From: Actinomycetota bacterium
GTDB lineage: Bacteria > Actinomycetota > Actinomycetes > Actinomycetales > Microbacteriaceae
Direction: 5' to 3'
DNA: 64,000 bases
Assembly (NCBI GenBank): GCA_039795455.1
Contig: JBDKLV010000056.1
Location: 355 to 64,354 of the forward strand
The stretch's first letter is position 1; every line of letters starts with the position of its first letter. This document shows positions 28,168 through 39,200 of the stretch, in pieces. The notes under the pieces are model-generated. The model was not told the DNA's origin. It searched no databases and saw nothing but the letters and a program-made list of their open reading frames with translations. Made by a program: the position numbers and the translations under genes.

Positions 28168-29070
28168 GTGGTCTTGCGAATCAATCCATCGAGAATGCCG
28201 GTCTGGCGTAAACCTGATGAACTTCAACTTGGCAGCGGCGCGGGCGCCAATCGTATTGCTGCACTGACTCCATCGCAGCAACGTCTGGTGCAAATACTCA
28301 TGCGCGGTGTTGCCGAGAAGCAATTCGAAACCATTGCAAACGAAATTGGAGTCGAAGATTCTGGCGATTTACTCGAGCGATTGCGACCCATGCTGGTTCA
28401 GCCGAATCAATCGATTGCGAATCTCGATCGCGAATTCGTCGAGCGCAACTTTGCTGAGCTCTGTCGCATTCAGGCGGTAATCAATGGTGAACCAAGTCTG
28501 GTCATTCAGCAACGCAAGTCGCATTCTGTTTTTGTTGACTCGGTCGCTTGGCGCGATGTTCTGGTCACCGCGCTGCTCGACAGTGGCATCGGTTCGACAA
28601 TCGGCGCAGAAGCAAAGCCACGGCATCGCGAGCGAGTCTCTGTTGCGATAACGATTGACCAATCTGCGTTTCGACCGGCAAGCCACCGCACCTGGTTGAG
28701 TCTCGGTGTTCCGCAGATCGCGATTTTGTTCGATCAGGCCGGTGTGAGCATCTCGCCAATCATCGAAACCGGCATAACTCCGTGTCTAACCTGTCTGCAA
28801 GCAGCCGGCGACTCGGAGCAAATAGCTATCGACAGCCAGCTGCTATTCAGCAATCAGCGCTTCGACGATTCGGTAGCCAAGCACTTTGCCATCGCAATGG
28901 CCCTTCACTTAGCGCTCGCCAGAATCGATGCGCCGGGTAGCTTTACTGCCGCCGAGTTTCACCGCACCGGCTATCGCTTCGATTCGGCTACCGGCGGCAT
29001 CCATGAGCTGAGCTGGATGTTCAGCGAAAACTGCTGGTGCCACCTGGGCTCCGCTCGCGGCCGAGCCTAG
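28168..29070 (+). CDS. ThiF/E1-like (TOMM leader-binding-like) protein, Rv3196-like
   Basis: N-terminal VWR..LQLG, PCLTC and C-terminal CWC; sits between the zincin-like gene and uvrD2. Confidence 0.6.
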   Translation: MVLRINPSRMPVWRKPDELQLGSGAGANRIAALTPSQQRLVQILMRGVAEKQFETIANEIGVEDSGDLLERLRPMLVQPNQSIANLDREFVERNFAELCRIQAVINGEPSLVIQQRKSHSVFVDSVAWRDVLVTALLDSGIGSTIGAEAKPRHRERVSVAITIDQSAFRPASHRTWLSLGVPQIAILFDQAGVSISPIIETGITPCLTCLQAAGDSEQIAIDSQLLFSNQRFDDSVAKHFAIAMALHLALARIDAPGSFTAAEFHRTGYRFDSATGGIHELSWMFSENCWCHLGSARGRA

Positions 29071-29079
29071 AGCAAGTGG

Positions 29080-30765
29080 TTAGAGCAGAGACAGAAAACG
29101 CGACGGCTTACGGATGCGGCCCGAGACACCGTCACTTGCGGCCCAGCTAATCGTTAGGCGTTTCTTGGCTCGAGTAACAGCCACATAGAAGAGGCGTCGC
29201 TCCTCGGCGATTTCAGCATCGGAACTGGCGTAGCCAATCGGCAAGTAACCCTCGACCGCGCCCACTAGGTAGACCACAGACCACTCGAGACCCTTAGCGG
29301 CATGGATGGTCGACAGCGTGACCGACGCAGTCAGGGGTTCGTGCTGCGAGCGCTTTCGCTCTTCGAGTTCGGCGGCGAACTGCGCAATCGTTGCACCCTC
29401 TGGCATTTCATCGACGATGGCGAGCAGTGCCGATAGTGATTCGTAACGCTCGAGTTCGGCTCCCGTGTGATCCGGCTTGCGAGCGGTCCAGCCGAGGCTA
29501 CGGCATACATCTGATACCGCTTCGTAAAGCGATTTGTTCGGGTTCGAGTTTGTGACCGCTTCTGCCCTGATCGCGGCCATCGCACGAGCAATCTCACTTC
29601 GATTGAAGAATCGCTCGCCGCCACGAAGTTGGTATGCGATGCCACGCTCGGCCAGAGCGGTTTCGAAAACTTCTGACTGACCGTTCACTCGATACAGCAC
29701 CGCAATCTCGTGCGGTTTTACTCCGGCAGCTAAGTCGCCGGCGATTGCATCGGCGAGTGCTGCAGCTTCTGCCTGGTTGTTATCGAAATTCGTAACCGAA
29801 ACCGGCGCGCCAACCTCGCCAACCGCGGTGAGCGCATCCATGAGTGAGTTATCGCGCACCACTCGATTGGCCGCGTTCACGATGCTCTGCGTGCTTCGGT
29901 AGTTGGTGGTTAACTGAACCACCTTCGCGTCGTCGTAGCGCTGATCAAAGTTGCGCAAGAAGTCGCTGGTCGCACCGGTGAACGAGTAGATGGTTTGGTT
30001 CGGGTCACCGACCACGCAAAGGTCGTCGTGATCGCCGAGCCAAACGTCGAGTAGTGCATGCTGCAAAGGAGAAATGTCTTGGTACTCGTCGACCGTGAAG
30101 AAGCGGTATTGCTGCTGAACATGGCTAAGCGCGAGCGGCTCAGCGCGCAGCAGCCCGATGGTCAACAGAATCACGTCTTCCCAGTCGAGGCGCTGCAGCC
30201 GAATTTTTTCTTCTTCGTAGGCCTCTTGCAGCGCGACCACTTGGTCGATGCTCAGGTTGGCAATGCCCGGCCGAGTCTCGGCCTTGACGCGATACTGCTC
30301 CATCGAGAGCATCGAGTACTTGCGCCACTCAATTTCGGCTGCGAGCTCTTTGAGCCCGACACTGTCTAGCCCGATGCCAAGTTTCTTGGCGCAATCACCC
30401 AGCAATCGAAGCTTCGACTCGAGCACGAGCGGGGCCGGCACCCCCGCAAACTGCGGCCAAAAGTACTCGAGCTGCGACAGTGCCGCGGCGTGGAAGGTCT
30501 TTACCTGCACTCCGGCGGCACCTAGGTCGCGCAATCGCTGGCGCAGTTCGCCGGCCGCGCGGTTGGTGTAAGTCAGCGCGAGCACGCGATTGGCTGCGTA
30601 GTACCCCTTGGCGATGCCATATGCAATGCGGTGCGTAATGGTTCGGGTCTTGCCAGAACCCGCACCAGCAAGGATGCACGTTGGCCCGTTTAGAGAAAGT
30701 GCAGCCTCGCGCTGCTCAGGATCGAGTCGCTCGAGAATGTCTTCGGCATCTAGTTGCGCGTTCAT
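29080..30765 (-). CDS. uvrD2: ATP-dependent DNA helicase, UvrD2-like
   Basis: AGAGSGKT, VDEYQD, VGDPNQTIY, NYRS, TIHAAKGLEW, YVAVTRA. ATG at 30765 overlaps the nudC TGA. Confidence 0.9.
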   Translation of the reverse strand: MNAQLDAEDILERLDPEQREAALSLNGPTCILAGAGSGKTRTITHRIAYGIAKGYYAANRVLALTYTNRAAGELRQRLRDLGAAGVQVKTFHAAALSQLEYFWPQFAGVPAPLVLESKLRLLGDCAKKLGIGLDSVGLKELAAEIEWRKYSMLSMEQYRVKAETRPGIANLSIDQVVALQEAYEEEKIRLQRLDWEDVILLTIGLLRAEPLALSHVQQQYRFFTVDEYQDISPLQHALLDVWLGDHDDLCVVGDPNQTIYSFTGATSDFLRNFDQRYDDAKVVQLTTNYRSTQSIVNAANRVVRDNSLMDALTAVGEVGAPVSVTNFDNNQAEAAALADAIAGDLAAGVKPHEIAVLYRVNGQSEVFETALAERGIAYQLRGGERFFNRSEIARAMAAIRAEAVTNSNPNKSLYEAVSDVCRSLGWTARKPDHTGAELERYESLSALLAIVDEMPEGATIAQFAAELEERKRSQHEPLTASVTLSTIHAAKGLEWSVVYLVGAVEGYLPIGYASSDAEIAEERRLFYVAVTRAKKRLTISWAASDGVSGRIRKPSRFLSLL

Positions 30766-31730
30766 TTGCTCGTCTCGATTTCGGTGAGCGAAATCAGTTC
30801 TGCGCCAAACCACTGTTCAATCAACGCACGCGAAATCGAAACCTTCGACGGCAATCGCAACTCGGCCGCCTCGACCGCAAGTTGCTCGCGCGTGATCCAC
30901 CGAAGTCTTTCGATTTCGAAACCGTCTGGGCGAAGTTGCTGCTCACCCGATGCCTTGGCGGTGAATGCCATCATCAGCGAGAACGGGAAAGGCCACGGTT
31001 GTGAACCCTGAAACTCAATTTCGGTAACGCGAAGGCCCGACTCCTCGAACATCTCGCGAGCTACCGCAGCGTTCAACGATTCGCCAGGGTCGACAAAACC
31101 GGCGAGCACCGACCAACGATTCGACTCCCACACTCCTTGCGAGCCGAGCAAGAGTCGATCCTGGTCATCGGTGACCGCTGCGATCACCGCTGGGTCGGTT
31201 CGAGGAAACAGGTCTTTGTCGCACGAGTCACAGTGACGAACCCAGCCGGCTTGAACCACTGCGGTCTGATTGCCACAGCCTGGACAAAAACCGTGGCTCG
31301 CATGCCAGTTGCTAATCGCCAATGCCTGAGTTGCTATTCCCGAGTCGAGGTCGCTTAAGCCGAAGCCACTGCGTCGAAGCTGCAGCCAGGTGCATGCGTC
31401 GGCAATCGCCTGCCCGGTAACCCATTCGGCCTGCTCTGCACCCAGCTCGACCAAAACAATAGACGTGCCTGCGGCCAATCCAGTTGAATCGCTGGTGGTC
31501 TGCCCCAGATAAGTCAGAGCCTCGAAATCGCCAAGCTCGAGCAATTGAGTTAGCGGCAACAACCGCAACGAGACCAGATCGGCTTCGGCCAAAAACTTTC
31601 CATCGCACAAGACTGCGGCGCGTGCATCCGGGTTCGAACGAAGAGAAGCCAAAAGGTCTTGATCACGTCGAAGGTCGGCTTCTCGGCTGAGCGAAGTGCG
31701 CGCCAGAGGCAAATTCAACGGCGCTGGCAT
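30762..31730 (-). CDS. nudC: NAD(+)/NADH diphosphatase
   Basis: CPGC..CDSC zinc finger, FPRTDPAVI, Nudix box, SQPWPFP signature. Confidence 0.95.
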   Translation of the reverse strand: MPAPLNLPLARTSLSREADLRRDQDLLASLRSNPDARAAVLCDGKFLAEADLVSLRLLPLTQLLELGDFEALTYLGQTTSDSTGLAAGTSIVLVELGAEQAEWVTGQAIADACTWLQLRRSGFGLSDLDSGIATQALAISNWHASHGFCPGCGNQTAVVQAGWVRHCDSCDKDLFPRTDPAVIAAVTDDQDRLLLGSQGVWESNRWSVLAGFVDPGESLNAAVAREMFEESGLRVTEIEFQGSQPWPFPFSLMMAFTAKASGEQQLRPDGFEIERLRWITREQLAVEAAELRLPSKVSISRALIEQWFGAELISLTEIETSK

Positions 31731-31789
31731 GGTGACCCTTCTAGGCGTGGCATTGAGGCGAACTGGTGAAAGTTGTCTAGCCTTTTGGC

Positions 31790-32920
31790 ATGGGCAAATC
31801 CCCGCTAATTTTAGCCGCGCTAGCCGCCGACGCCGTTCGCAACTTAAAGGTCGCGCACGCGGCTGGCCACTCTGACGGCGGTGAGGGCCGTTACGAATCG
31901 GCTATCTTGACCGACAAGGATGGGCTGCACTACATCGCCCGCATTCCGACCAGCCCATCGGCCGGCACCGACCTCGAACTCGAGATGCGCGTGCTCAAGG
32001 CAGTCGGATCGGTTGGTTCGAAGCTTCCGTTCGAGATTCCTCACACTCTTGGCGAGACCCGAAGCAACGTCGGCGAGCGAGTTGTTGTTTTCAAGTGGGT
32101 TTATGGCAACAAGATCATCCCTGCGAAGGTTCCGGTTAACGGTGCGCTCGCGATCAGCATCTCGAATGCCTTGGTCGCAATGCACTCGATTTCGCCTGAC
32201 CTAGTCGTCGCCAACGGATTCCGCGACTACTCGGTTGCAGAGAACCTAAGACTTCGCACCGCCGAACTTGACCGCGCTGCACAAACTTCGCATGTTCCTG
32301 CGATTCTGTTGCAGCGTTGGGAGCAGGTGCTCGAAGATGCAGCGATGTGGCGCTACCAGCCGACCGTGATTCACGGCAACTTGAGTGGCGAGACCATGCT
32401 CGAGCAGAACCAAGAAATCTCTGGCGTCATCGAATGGACCAACCTCGAGCTCAACGATCCGGCCCTCGACTTTAGGTGGCTAGGCGCCCCTGAAGATCAC
32501 GACCTTTTGGTTTCGGTGCTGATGGGCTACCAGATTGCTCGCGGTAGCGGCGACACCAAGATCGCTCAACGCGCTGCCTTCTACAACGAGTTCCAACACC
32601 TGCAGTACCTGCTTCACGGCCACACCATGCGTGACAACTGGGTCGTCGAGGATGCCAGCAATTCACTGCAAAACCTTGCCGCTGCAGCCGAGGAAGGCCA
32701 GCTGCCAGGTCTTACCGACCAGCAGGTTGCCGAACTGACTCCGGTTCACGACCTCGAAGACTCTTCAGACCTGATCTACCAGACGGATGACGGCGACCTG
32801 CCTGCGTTCCTAGGTGGACAGTCAGCAAACGCCGAAGTCATCGACTTTGCCGAGTACAGCGCTGCGACCGAGCCAATCAACATTGTTGATTCGCCGAAGC
32901 ACGACGACGACACTTTTTAG
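31790..32920 (+). CDS. APH/macrolide-phosphotransferase-fold protein with degenerate catalytic motifs
   Basis: Brenner-like VIHGNL, GVIEW and DPALDF motifs; acidic C-terminal tail. Confidence 0.75.
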   Translation: MGKSPLILAALAADAVRNLKVAHAAGHSDGGEGRYESAILTDKDGLHYIARIPTSPSAGTDLELEMRVLKAVGSVGSKLPFEIPHTLGETRSNVGERVVVFKWVYGNKIIPAKVPVNGALAISISNALVAMHSISPDLVVANGFRDYSVAENLRLRTAELDRAAQTSHVPAILLQRWEQVLEDAAMWRYQPTVIHGNLSGETMLEQNQEISGVIEWTNLELNDPALDFRWLGAPEDHDLLVSVLMGYQIARGSGDTKIAQRAAFYNEFQHLQYLLHGHTMRDNWVVEDASNSLQNLAAAAEEGQLPGLTDQQVAELTPVHDLEDSSDLIYQTDDGDLPAFLGGQSANAEVIDFAEYSAATEPINIVDSPKHDDDTF

Positions 32921-32949
32921 TCGCTTGCCTTAGCGGCCAAGCCAAACGG

Positions 32950-35900
32950 TTACTTCTCTACCAACTGGTCGAGCACCTTCTGCCACTCGACGAGAATCTC
33001 TTTCTCGTCTAGCAGGTGATCCGGACCCATTTCTAGCTCTGCCCCGACAAAGAAGAACACAGCGTTCACTTCTTCGATTGGAATCTGCGCGTACTTTGCA
33101 TATGCGAAACGGTAGAGCGCAAGCTGCAGCGAACGACGATAGGTGTCGGTCTCATCCTTAGGTGGCTCGTTGGTCTTCCAGTCGACGATCAGAATCTTGT
33201 CGCCATCTTGGTAGACGGCATCCATCTTGCAAATGAACGTGTTGCTACCAATTGATATCTGAATCTCGAGCTCGAGGTGCTTTGGTTGCAAAGTTGCGAA
33301 ACGTGAACGTGCGAACTTTTCTTGTAGTTCTTCGACCGAATAGAAGTTCTCTTCGTCGTCGAGTTCGATCGGCTCATCGTCTTCGGTATTTGCCAAACCG
33401 ATAGGCGAAAGTGTGCGCTCGACCCAGGCGTGGAACAGGTTGCCTTGACGTGACGCGGCATACGGTTGGCTAGGCACTGGTCGCAAGAAACCGCCGGCCA
33501 CCTTGTCGAGTTCGCCCAGGTATGCCTTGAAGTTAGATGCGGGAATGCGCACCGGAAAGTCGACCACTTTCGTCGAACTTGCTCGAACAGCTGCCTCTTG
33601 CAACAAAAGGTCGATTGAGTGCGAGAGTTCGCGAACTCGAGCAGTCTCGGCTGAAGCCGCGGCCTCGGCAAAGCTACCGTCTTCGATACTGGCCAGAACC
33701 AGGTCGCGTGCCTGCTCGACCTGCTCCAGGCGACCAACGCTGAAGGCGGGCTTGGGCCAGGTTTCTTTGAGCTGGTCTTTGCCCATGGGGTTCTCGTCGT
33801 TGATCATCAAGGTCGGCTCGAAGCCGTCGATCAGGCAATTGGCTTGGTCGTTTGCACCAAGGAGGAAAAGGAACGACGATGGCCCGGCAGGCTTGGTCGC
33901 CATTGGTTGCCAGTAACTGCCCGAGAGCGCAAGCTCGCGCTTGGCTCGTGTGACCGCAACATAGGCAAGGCGGCGCTCTTCCTCTTCGAGCATGACTCCG
34001 ACGCCACCGCTCTTGAAGTTCTCGACTTCATCCTTGAGCGCGGTTTGGTCATCGTGGTCATCAAATTTGAGCGTCGGTAGAGACGCCTTGTCGCCACGAA
34101 GTGCATATGGAAATTCGCCCACCGATAGCCAACCGGTTTTGCCACCACCGGTAGCAGGCAGGTCGCCCTGGTTGAAGCTGCCTACTGCGACGTAGTCCCA
34201 TTCGAGACCCTTGGCTGCGTGGATGGTGATGATCTGAACCATTCCATCGCGAACAGCAGCGGGAGGCGTATCTAGGCGTTCACGATCGGCCGCATGGTCG
34301 AGATAGTCGAGCAGCATTCCAATGCTCGGATTGTCGTTTCCGTCGCAGTAGTTTGCGACGACCGAGACAAACTCATTGATGTGCATCATCGGGAACGTGC
34401 GGTTTGGGTTGGCGTGCAACTCGACATCGAGCCAAAGCTCAGATGCGATCGCGCGAACCAGTTCTGGCAGCGGCAAACCAATACGCTGACGCATCGCATG
34501 CAGCGTCTGTGCCGCTTCTTTTAGTCGGTCGTATCCCTCGTCGGAAGCGTGAAGCTCATTGATCGAGTCTGCGCGACGAATCTTGTCGAGCGCGTCGACG
34601 ATCGATGTGCTGGCCTCGTCTGAGCGACCCTCGATATCGCGAGTCTCGCCCTTGATGCCGGCCTGCGCCTTTGCAAAGCGGTAAAGTCCATCGATATCTT
34701 TTACGCCGATGCGCCAACGTGCGCCGGTCAACAAACGGATTAGTTCGGTGCCGGCATCTGGGTTGGTCAGCACGGCCAGAGCGCAACGAATGTCGGTGAT
34801 CTCGGGCATTTCAAGCAGCCCACCAAGGCCAACGACCTCGACATCGAGACCCACCGCCTGGAGCGCTTCGGCGTAGGCACGAATGTGCTTGCGCTTGCGC
34901 AGAATCAAGGCCCCAGTAGGCGCCTCGAAGGTGCCGTCTTTCTTGGTGAAGCGCTGAGCCATGCGTGGCTTTAGCCAGTCAGCGATGTGGGCAGCCTCGT
35001 CTTCAAGGGTCTCGAACCAGTCGAATTGAACCACGCCGTTACCAGCATCGGGAGCAGCGCGAAGCGGTTCGCGAGCAACAGAGCGAATCAGAGCGCGCTG
35101 ATCTGGCCCGATGTAGTCCTTTGGGTTATCGAGATCGAGGGCAATCGCGTTGGCCAGGTCGAGCACCAACTGTGGGTTTCGCCATGAGGTCGACAACTGG
35201 AACGGCATAAACCCGCTCGCATCGGTAACAAAGTCGTTTTTGAATTCGGCGAGGTTGGATGCCGATGCACCACGCCATCCGTAAATGGATTGGTGTGGGT
35301 CGCCGACCGCGAGCACCGAGCGGTCTTTGAACAGCGCCTTCAGAAGATTGGTCTGCAGCACAGAGGTGTCTTGGTACTCGTCGAGCAATATCTGAGTGAA
35401 GCGCTCCTGCTCGCGCGTGACCACGGCATCGCCGAGTACTCGAACCGCGCGCTCTGCGAGTGCAACCTGATCTGAGTAGTCGATTTTGCTGTTCTCGAGC
35501 TTCGCATTCAAGAATGCCTCGGCGAGCTGAGCCACAATGATGTTCTTTTCGAACTTTTCGATAAGTTCGGCAACCTCGGCGATGTAGTCGTTCTTGCTGT
35601 GGCCGCGCTTAGGAAGCTTCTTCATCTTGTCGATCAATTCGCGAAGGTGATTTTCGACGTCGGCAGCCGAGGCTCCGTTTTCGTTCATGGCCGCTGCCAT
35701 CTTGGTGACGTAGCCGGCGAGAGTCTTGTCGTTGAATTCTGTGTCCATGAGTGCCGGAGCAAGTTCGGCTCCGCGCTTGTTGATCAGTTCGCGAGCCAAC
35801 TGGTAGGCGGTCGCCTCGGTTAGCTGAACCGCATCGTTGTCGTATCCGAGCTGCAGCGCATAGTCGCGAAAGAGCGCCGTCGCATAAGAGTTGTAGGTAG

Positions 35901-36246
35901 AGATCGTCGGCGGCGTGAACTCGACACCTAGGTCGGTCGGCCACATTTCAGGCTTGACCTTGTTGTCGCGAAGCTTGCGCAGGTTGGCGTTGACTCGGTT
36001 GCTCAGTGTGGCGGCGGCCTTGCGGGTAAAGGTCAGGCCAAGAATCTGGTCTGGTCGAGCGATGCCGTTGGCGACCAGCCAAGGTACACGAAGCGACATG
36101 AGTTCGGTCTTGCCCGAACCCGCACCGGCGACAACCAACGATGGCTTGTCGAACGGGGCTTCGATTGCGGCCTGTTGTTGACCGTTTGGTTCGTAACCGA
36201 GGCCAAGAGCCTCGGCAACCTGGAGTGCTGAGTATTTAGTTGCCAT
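32950..36246 (-). CDS. adnB: AdnB-like helicase-nuclease (UvrD motor + RecB-type nuclease)
   Basis: AGAGSGKT, LLDEYQD, VGDPHQSIYGWRGA, TIHAAKGLEW, YVAVTRA; C-terminal MDAVY..IVDWKT..QLALY. Confidence 0.88.
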   Translation of the reverse strand: MATKYSALQVAEALGLGYEPNGQQQAAIEAPFDKPSLVVAGAGSGKTELMSLRVPWLVANGIARPDQILGLTFTRKAAATLSNRVNANLRKLRDNKVKPEMWPTDLGVEFTPPTISTYNSYATALFRDYALQLGYDNDAVQLTEATAYQLARELINKRGAELAPALMDTEFNDKTLAGYVTKMAAAMNENGASAADVENHLRELIDKMKKLPKRGHSKNDYIAEVAELIEKFEKNIIVAQLAEAFLNAKLENSKIDYSDQVALAERAVRVLGDAVVTREQERFTQILLDEYQDTSVLQTNLLKALFKDRSVLAVGDPHQSIYGWRGASASNLAEFKNDFVTDASGFMPFQLSTSWRNPQLVLDLANAIALDLDNPKDYIGPDQRALIRSVAREPLRAAPDAGNGVVQFDWFETLEDEAAHIADWLKPRMAQRFTKKDGTFEAPTGALILRKRKHIRAYAEALQAVGLDVEVVGLGGLLEMPEITDIRCALAVLTNPDAGTELIRLLTGARWRIGVKDIDGLYRFAKAQAGIKGETRDIEGRSDEASTSIVDALDKIRRADSINELHASDEGYDRLKEAAQTLHAMRQRIGLPLPELVRAIASELWLDVELHANPNRTFPMMHINEFVSVVANYCDGNDNPSIGMLLDYLDHAADRERLDTPPAAVRDGMVQIITIHAAKGLEWDYVAVGSFNQGDLPATGGGKTGWLSVGEFPYALRGDKASLPTLKFDDHDDQTALKDEVENFKSGGVGVMLEEEERRLAYVAVTRAKRELALSGSYWQPMATKPAGPSSFLFLLGANDQANCLIDGFEPTLMINDENPMGKDQLKETWPKPAFSVGRLEQVEQARDLVLASIEDGSFAEAAASAETARVRELSHSIDLLLQEAAVRASSTKVVDFPVRIPASNFKAYLGELDKVAGGFLRPVPSQPYAASRQGNLFHAWVERTLSPIGLANTEDDEPIELDDEENFYSVEELQEKFARSRFATLQPKHLELEIQISIGSNTFICKMDAVYQDGDKILIVDWKTNEPPKDETDTYRRSLQLALYRFAYAKYAQIPIEEVNAVFFFVGAELEMGPDHLLDEKEILVEWQKVLDQLVEK

Positions 36247-39200
36247 AGGAGACCTGCTCAATCAAGTGCAGCATGCAGCTGCCATAGCCGTTTTTGTCAT
36301 TGCAGTGCTCGCCCACGTTTGCCGTTAGCACCTGCTCGTTCATGACCATATCGCCAACTACCTGCTCGATCAGATCGCGAATCTGGATTTGCTTGACCGG
36401 ATACTCGGTGGCAGAATCTTGCACCGTGACAACCGGATCGGTCTTAGTGCCTTTGAGGCCAACCTGAACCAAAGCGCCACCGCTGAGATTTGCGTGCTCA
36501 GAGAGCAGCGGGTTCTCGTTGAATGCGCCGTCGATCAAGCCAAGCTGGTAGATGCCGAGCTGTGGGTGATTCTGCGTTGCATCCTTCGTGACTTGAGCAC
36601 GCGAAGTCTTTAGGTCGACAATCTTCACGTTGCCGAGCTTGTCGACTTCGATGCGGTCGACCTTGCCAGACACGTGGGCGCCGGCAATGTCGAACTTGAA
36701 ACTAACTTCTTTCCAGACTCCCTTTTCAGAATCTGCCTCGAACTTTTCGAGATAACTAACCAAGCGGTTGATCATGAGTCCAACTCGGCGATCTTCAGAC
36801 GCACTCGCCCATTCGGAATCGAAATCGATCAACCCCCACTTCGATTTGACTAGTGAGTAGAACTCCTCGTAGCTGTTCGTCGTCGCGCGCTCGAGCGCCT
36901 CGTGAAGCAAGGTTCCAACTTGAGTCTTGAACGAATAGTCGCCACCACCGTGCGCGTTGATGAACCAGTGCAGTGGGCACTTGATAAAGCTGTCGAGCTC
37001 GGACGGGTGCAGCTTGAGAGCTCGCGGATCGTCTTTGTCGACGCCGAGCACGGCGAGCGGCTCGGTCGTGCTGAGAGGCTTGACACCCCACCACTGGTCG
37101 GGGTGAGCACCTGGCACTCCGGCCTCGGCTAGACGAGCCAATTGGGCAGCGATCTCGACTCGGGCCTTAGGGTCGTTGGTCTGCAGCAGCATGCGACGCA
37201 GGCGGCCGGCGATGGCGCGCAGAGTCAGGCTCGAGCCGTCGAAATCGCTGACCTCGAACTCTTGGCCGGTAATCAGCTCGATGAACTGCGACTGCTGCTC
37301 TTCTTCGGTCGAAATGGCCGACAGGTACAAGCGCTCGCTCGCAGCCCCGACAGCCTTGGCCAGCATGCGCAGTTCACCGGTCATTTCGCTTGCGCGATTT
37401 TCGGTGGCAACTGTGCCGGTTCGTGCAAACTCATCGAGCACGGATGCACCGAGCAGAGTGGAACGCGGACGCAGGTTCGGCCAGATGCCCTCTTGTAGGT
37501 GCGCAATCGAAACAACCTTGAATGAACGACCAATTAAACCTGCGGGTGTGACGAGTGAAACTCGGTGTTGCAGGTTTGCGCCGACGCCGATTGAATCTTC
37601 TGGCAGTTTTAGTTCGCGTTGCGAACGCACGAACTCTGCGGCCTCGCCCAGTGGGTTGCGCTCGACGAACCGAGCGGCCGCCGAGAACAACGCGACTACT
37701 GAATCGAGGTTGCGTGAAACTTGAAGCGAAACCTCTTCTACTCCGAGTGAGCGCTTTGGCCACTGAGTTGATAGTTCGCTGTTCGAGTAGATGTGCCAGA
37801 GCAAATCTTGAATGGTGCGATCTTTTTGCGCGGCCATGTCGCGAAGTTCAAAGTACAAGGTGATGAACTTGTGCGCCTTTTCGCCCCAGCCACTTAAGTC
37901 GGCGGCAGAACCGCGAGCCTTGAACAAATTGGCGAGCAACTCGCGCGAACTGCGAGTGCCTTCATCGGCCAACTCGGCAGCACGCAGCGTGCGGCGCAAA
38001 CGACGAAGGCTAATCGGGTCGAAGCCGGCAATTGGCGAGAGCATGAGTTCGCTCGCAACCTCGTAAGTGATTTCTCGTACTGCGCCGGCCTGATCAGGCA
38101 GCGCCCAGTGCAACAGCTCGAGCATTGCCGCCGCACCGAATTCGTCTTTGAGAGCAGACTTGGCGCCAACCAACCGCACCGGCACCGATTCGGCGGCAAG
38201 TGCATTCTCGAGCTCGACGAGCTCGGTGACCGAACGAGCCACGACGGCCATATCGCGCCAGGCGACACCGTTATTCAGGTGTTCGCTGCGCAGCTGATGG
38301 GCCAACCAGGCGTGCTCATCACCTTGCAAGGCAAAGACCTTGGTGGTGATTTGGTCGCCCTCGGCAGCGCCATCAGGGCCGACCGCAGCCTCAGGGCCCT
38401 TACGCTGCGGGCCTGCCATCGCGGCACCGATGCGCCCAGTCACGTGCGACAGCGCCTGCGCAATTACCGGTGCGTGAGCCTCGTGGGCCGCCGTGATGGT
38501 GATCGACTGAGCCGTCGTGCCCGCCGCGGTCGCCAAGCGGGTGACCAGTCGAGTCAGCGCCTCAGGGTCGCTGAATCGAAAGCCGAGGGTTGCAACATCG
38601 GGGTCACCGAACAGCACCACGGATGCACCCAGCCCGGCAAGCGCCGCCAAAAACTCTGTGGCAGCCGGAGTCAGTTCTTGTGCGTCGTCGATCAAGATCA
38701 TGCGCACTTCGTTCAACTCGCTCGGTGCCTTGCCTTCGCGAATGAGTCGAGTCGCCTCGACCAGCAGCGATGCCGGGTCGTAGCGGTGTGTGTTGCGCTC
38801 TTGCGCGAGCTCTTCGAGGTAGCGCTCGTACAACGCGGCAGCTACTGTCCATTCGTCTTTCAAACCGGTCTCGACTGCGAGAGCGCGCAATCGCTCAGGA
38901 GTTATTGAGTATTCGATTGCGACAGACAACAGATCGCGAAGCTCCGCACGAAAGCCCGAAAGACGCAGCGAACTGCGTGTGATGTTTTTTGGCAGCAGTT
39001 CGACAAAGTGCGGATCGCTTGCGGCAACCTCGAGCAGTTCTTCGAGCATTGCATCTTGCTCAGAACCACTGATTAGCTCTGGCAGTGCGGCCTTGGTTTC
39101 GAGTGCTGCGTGACGCAAAATTGCGAAGGCTAGCGAAGGAATAGTCCGAGCCATTGGCCCGATGCTTGCGCCTTGAAAAGCCAGCGCTAACTCGTCGCGC

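Noticed and set aside
28168-29070. TOMM/RiPP biosynthetic cluster
   Set aside because: No YcaO, precursor peptide or exporter is present, and the gene sits in conserved housekeeping synteny.
31790-32920. Macrolide or aminoglycoside resistance gene
   Set aside because: The catalytic aspartates are substituted and the context is core genome.
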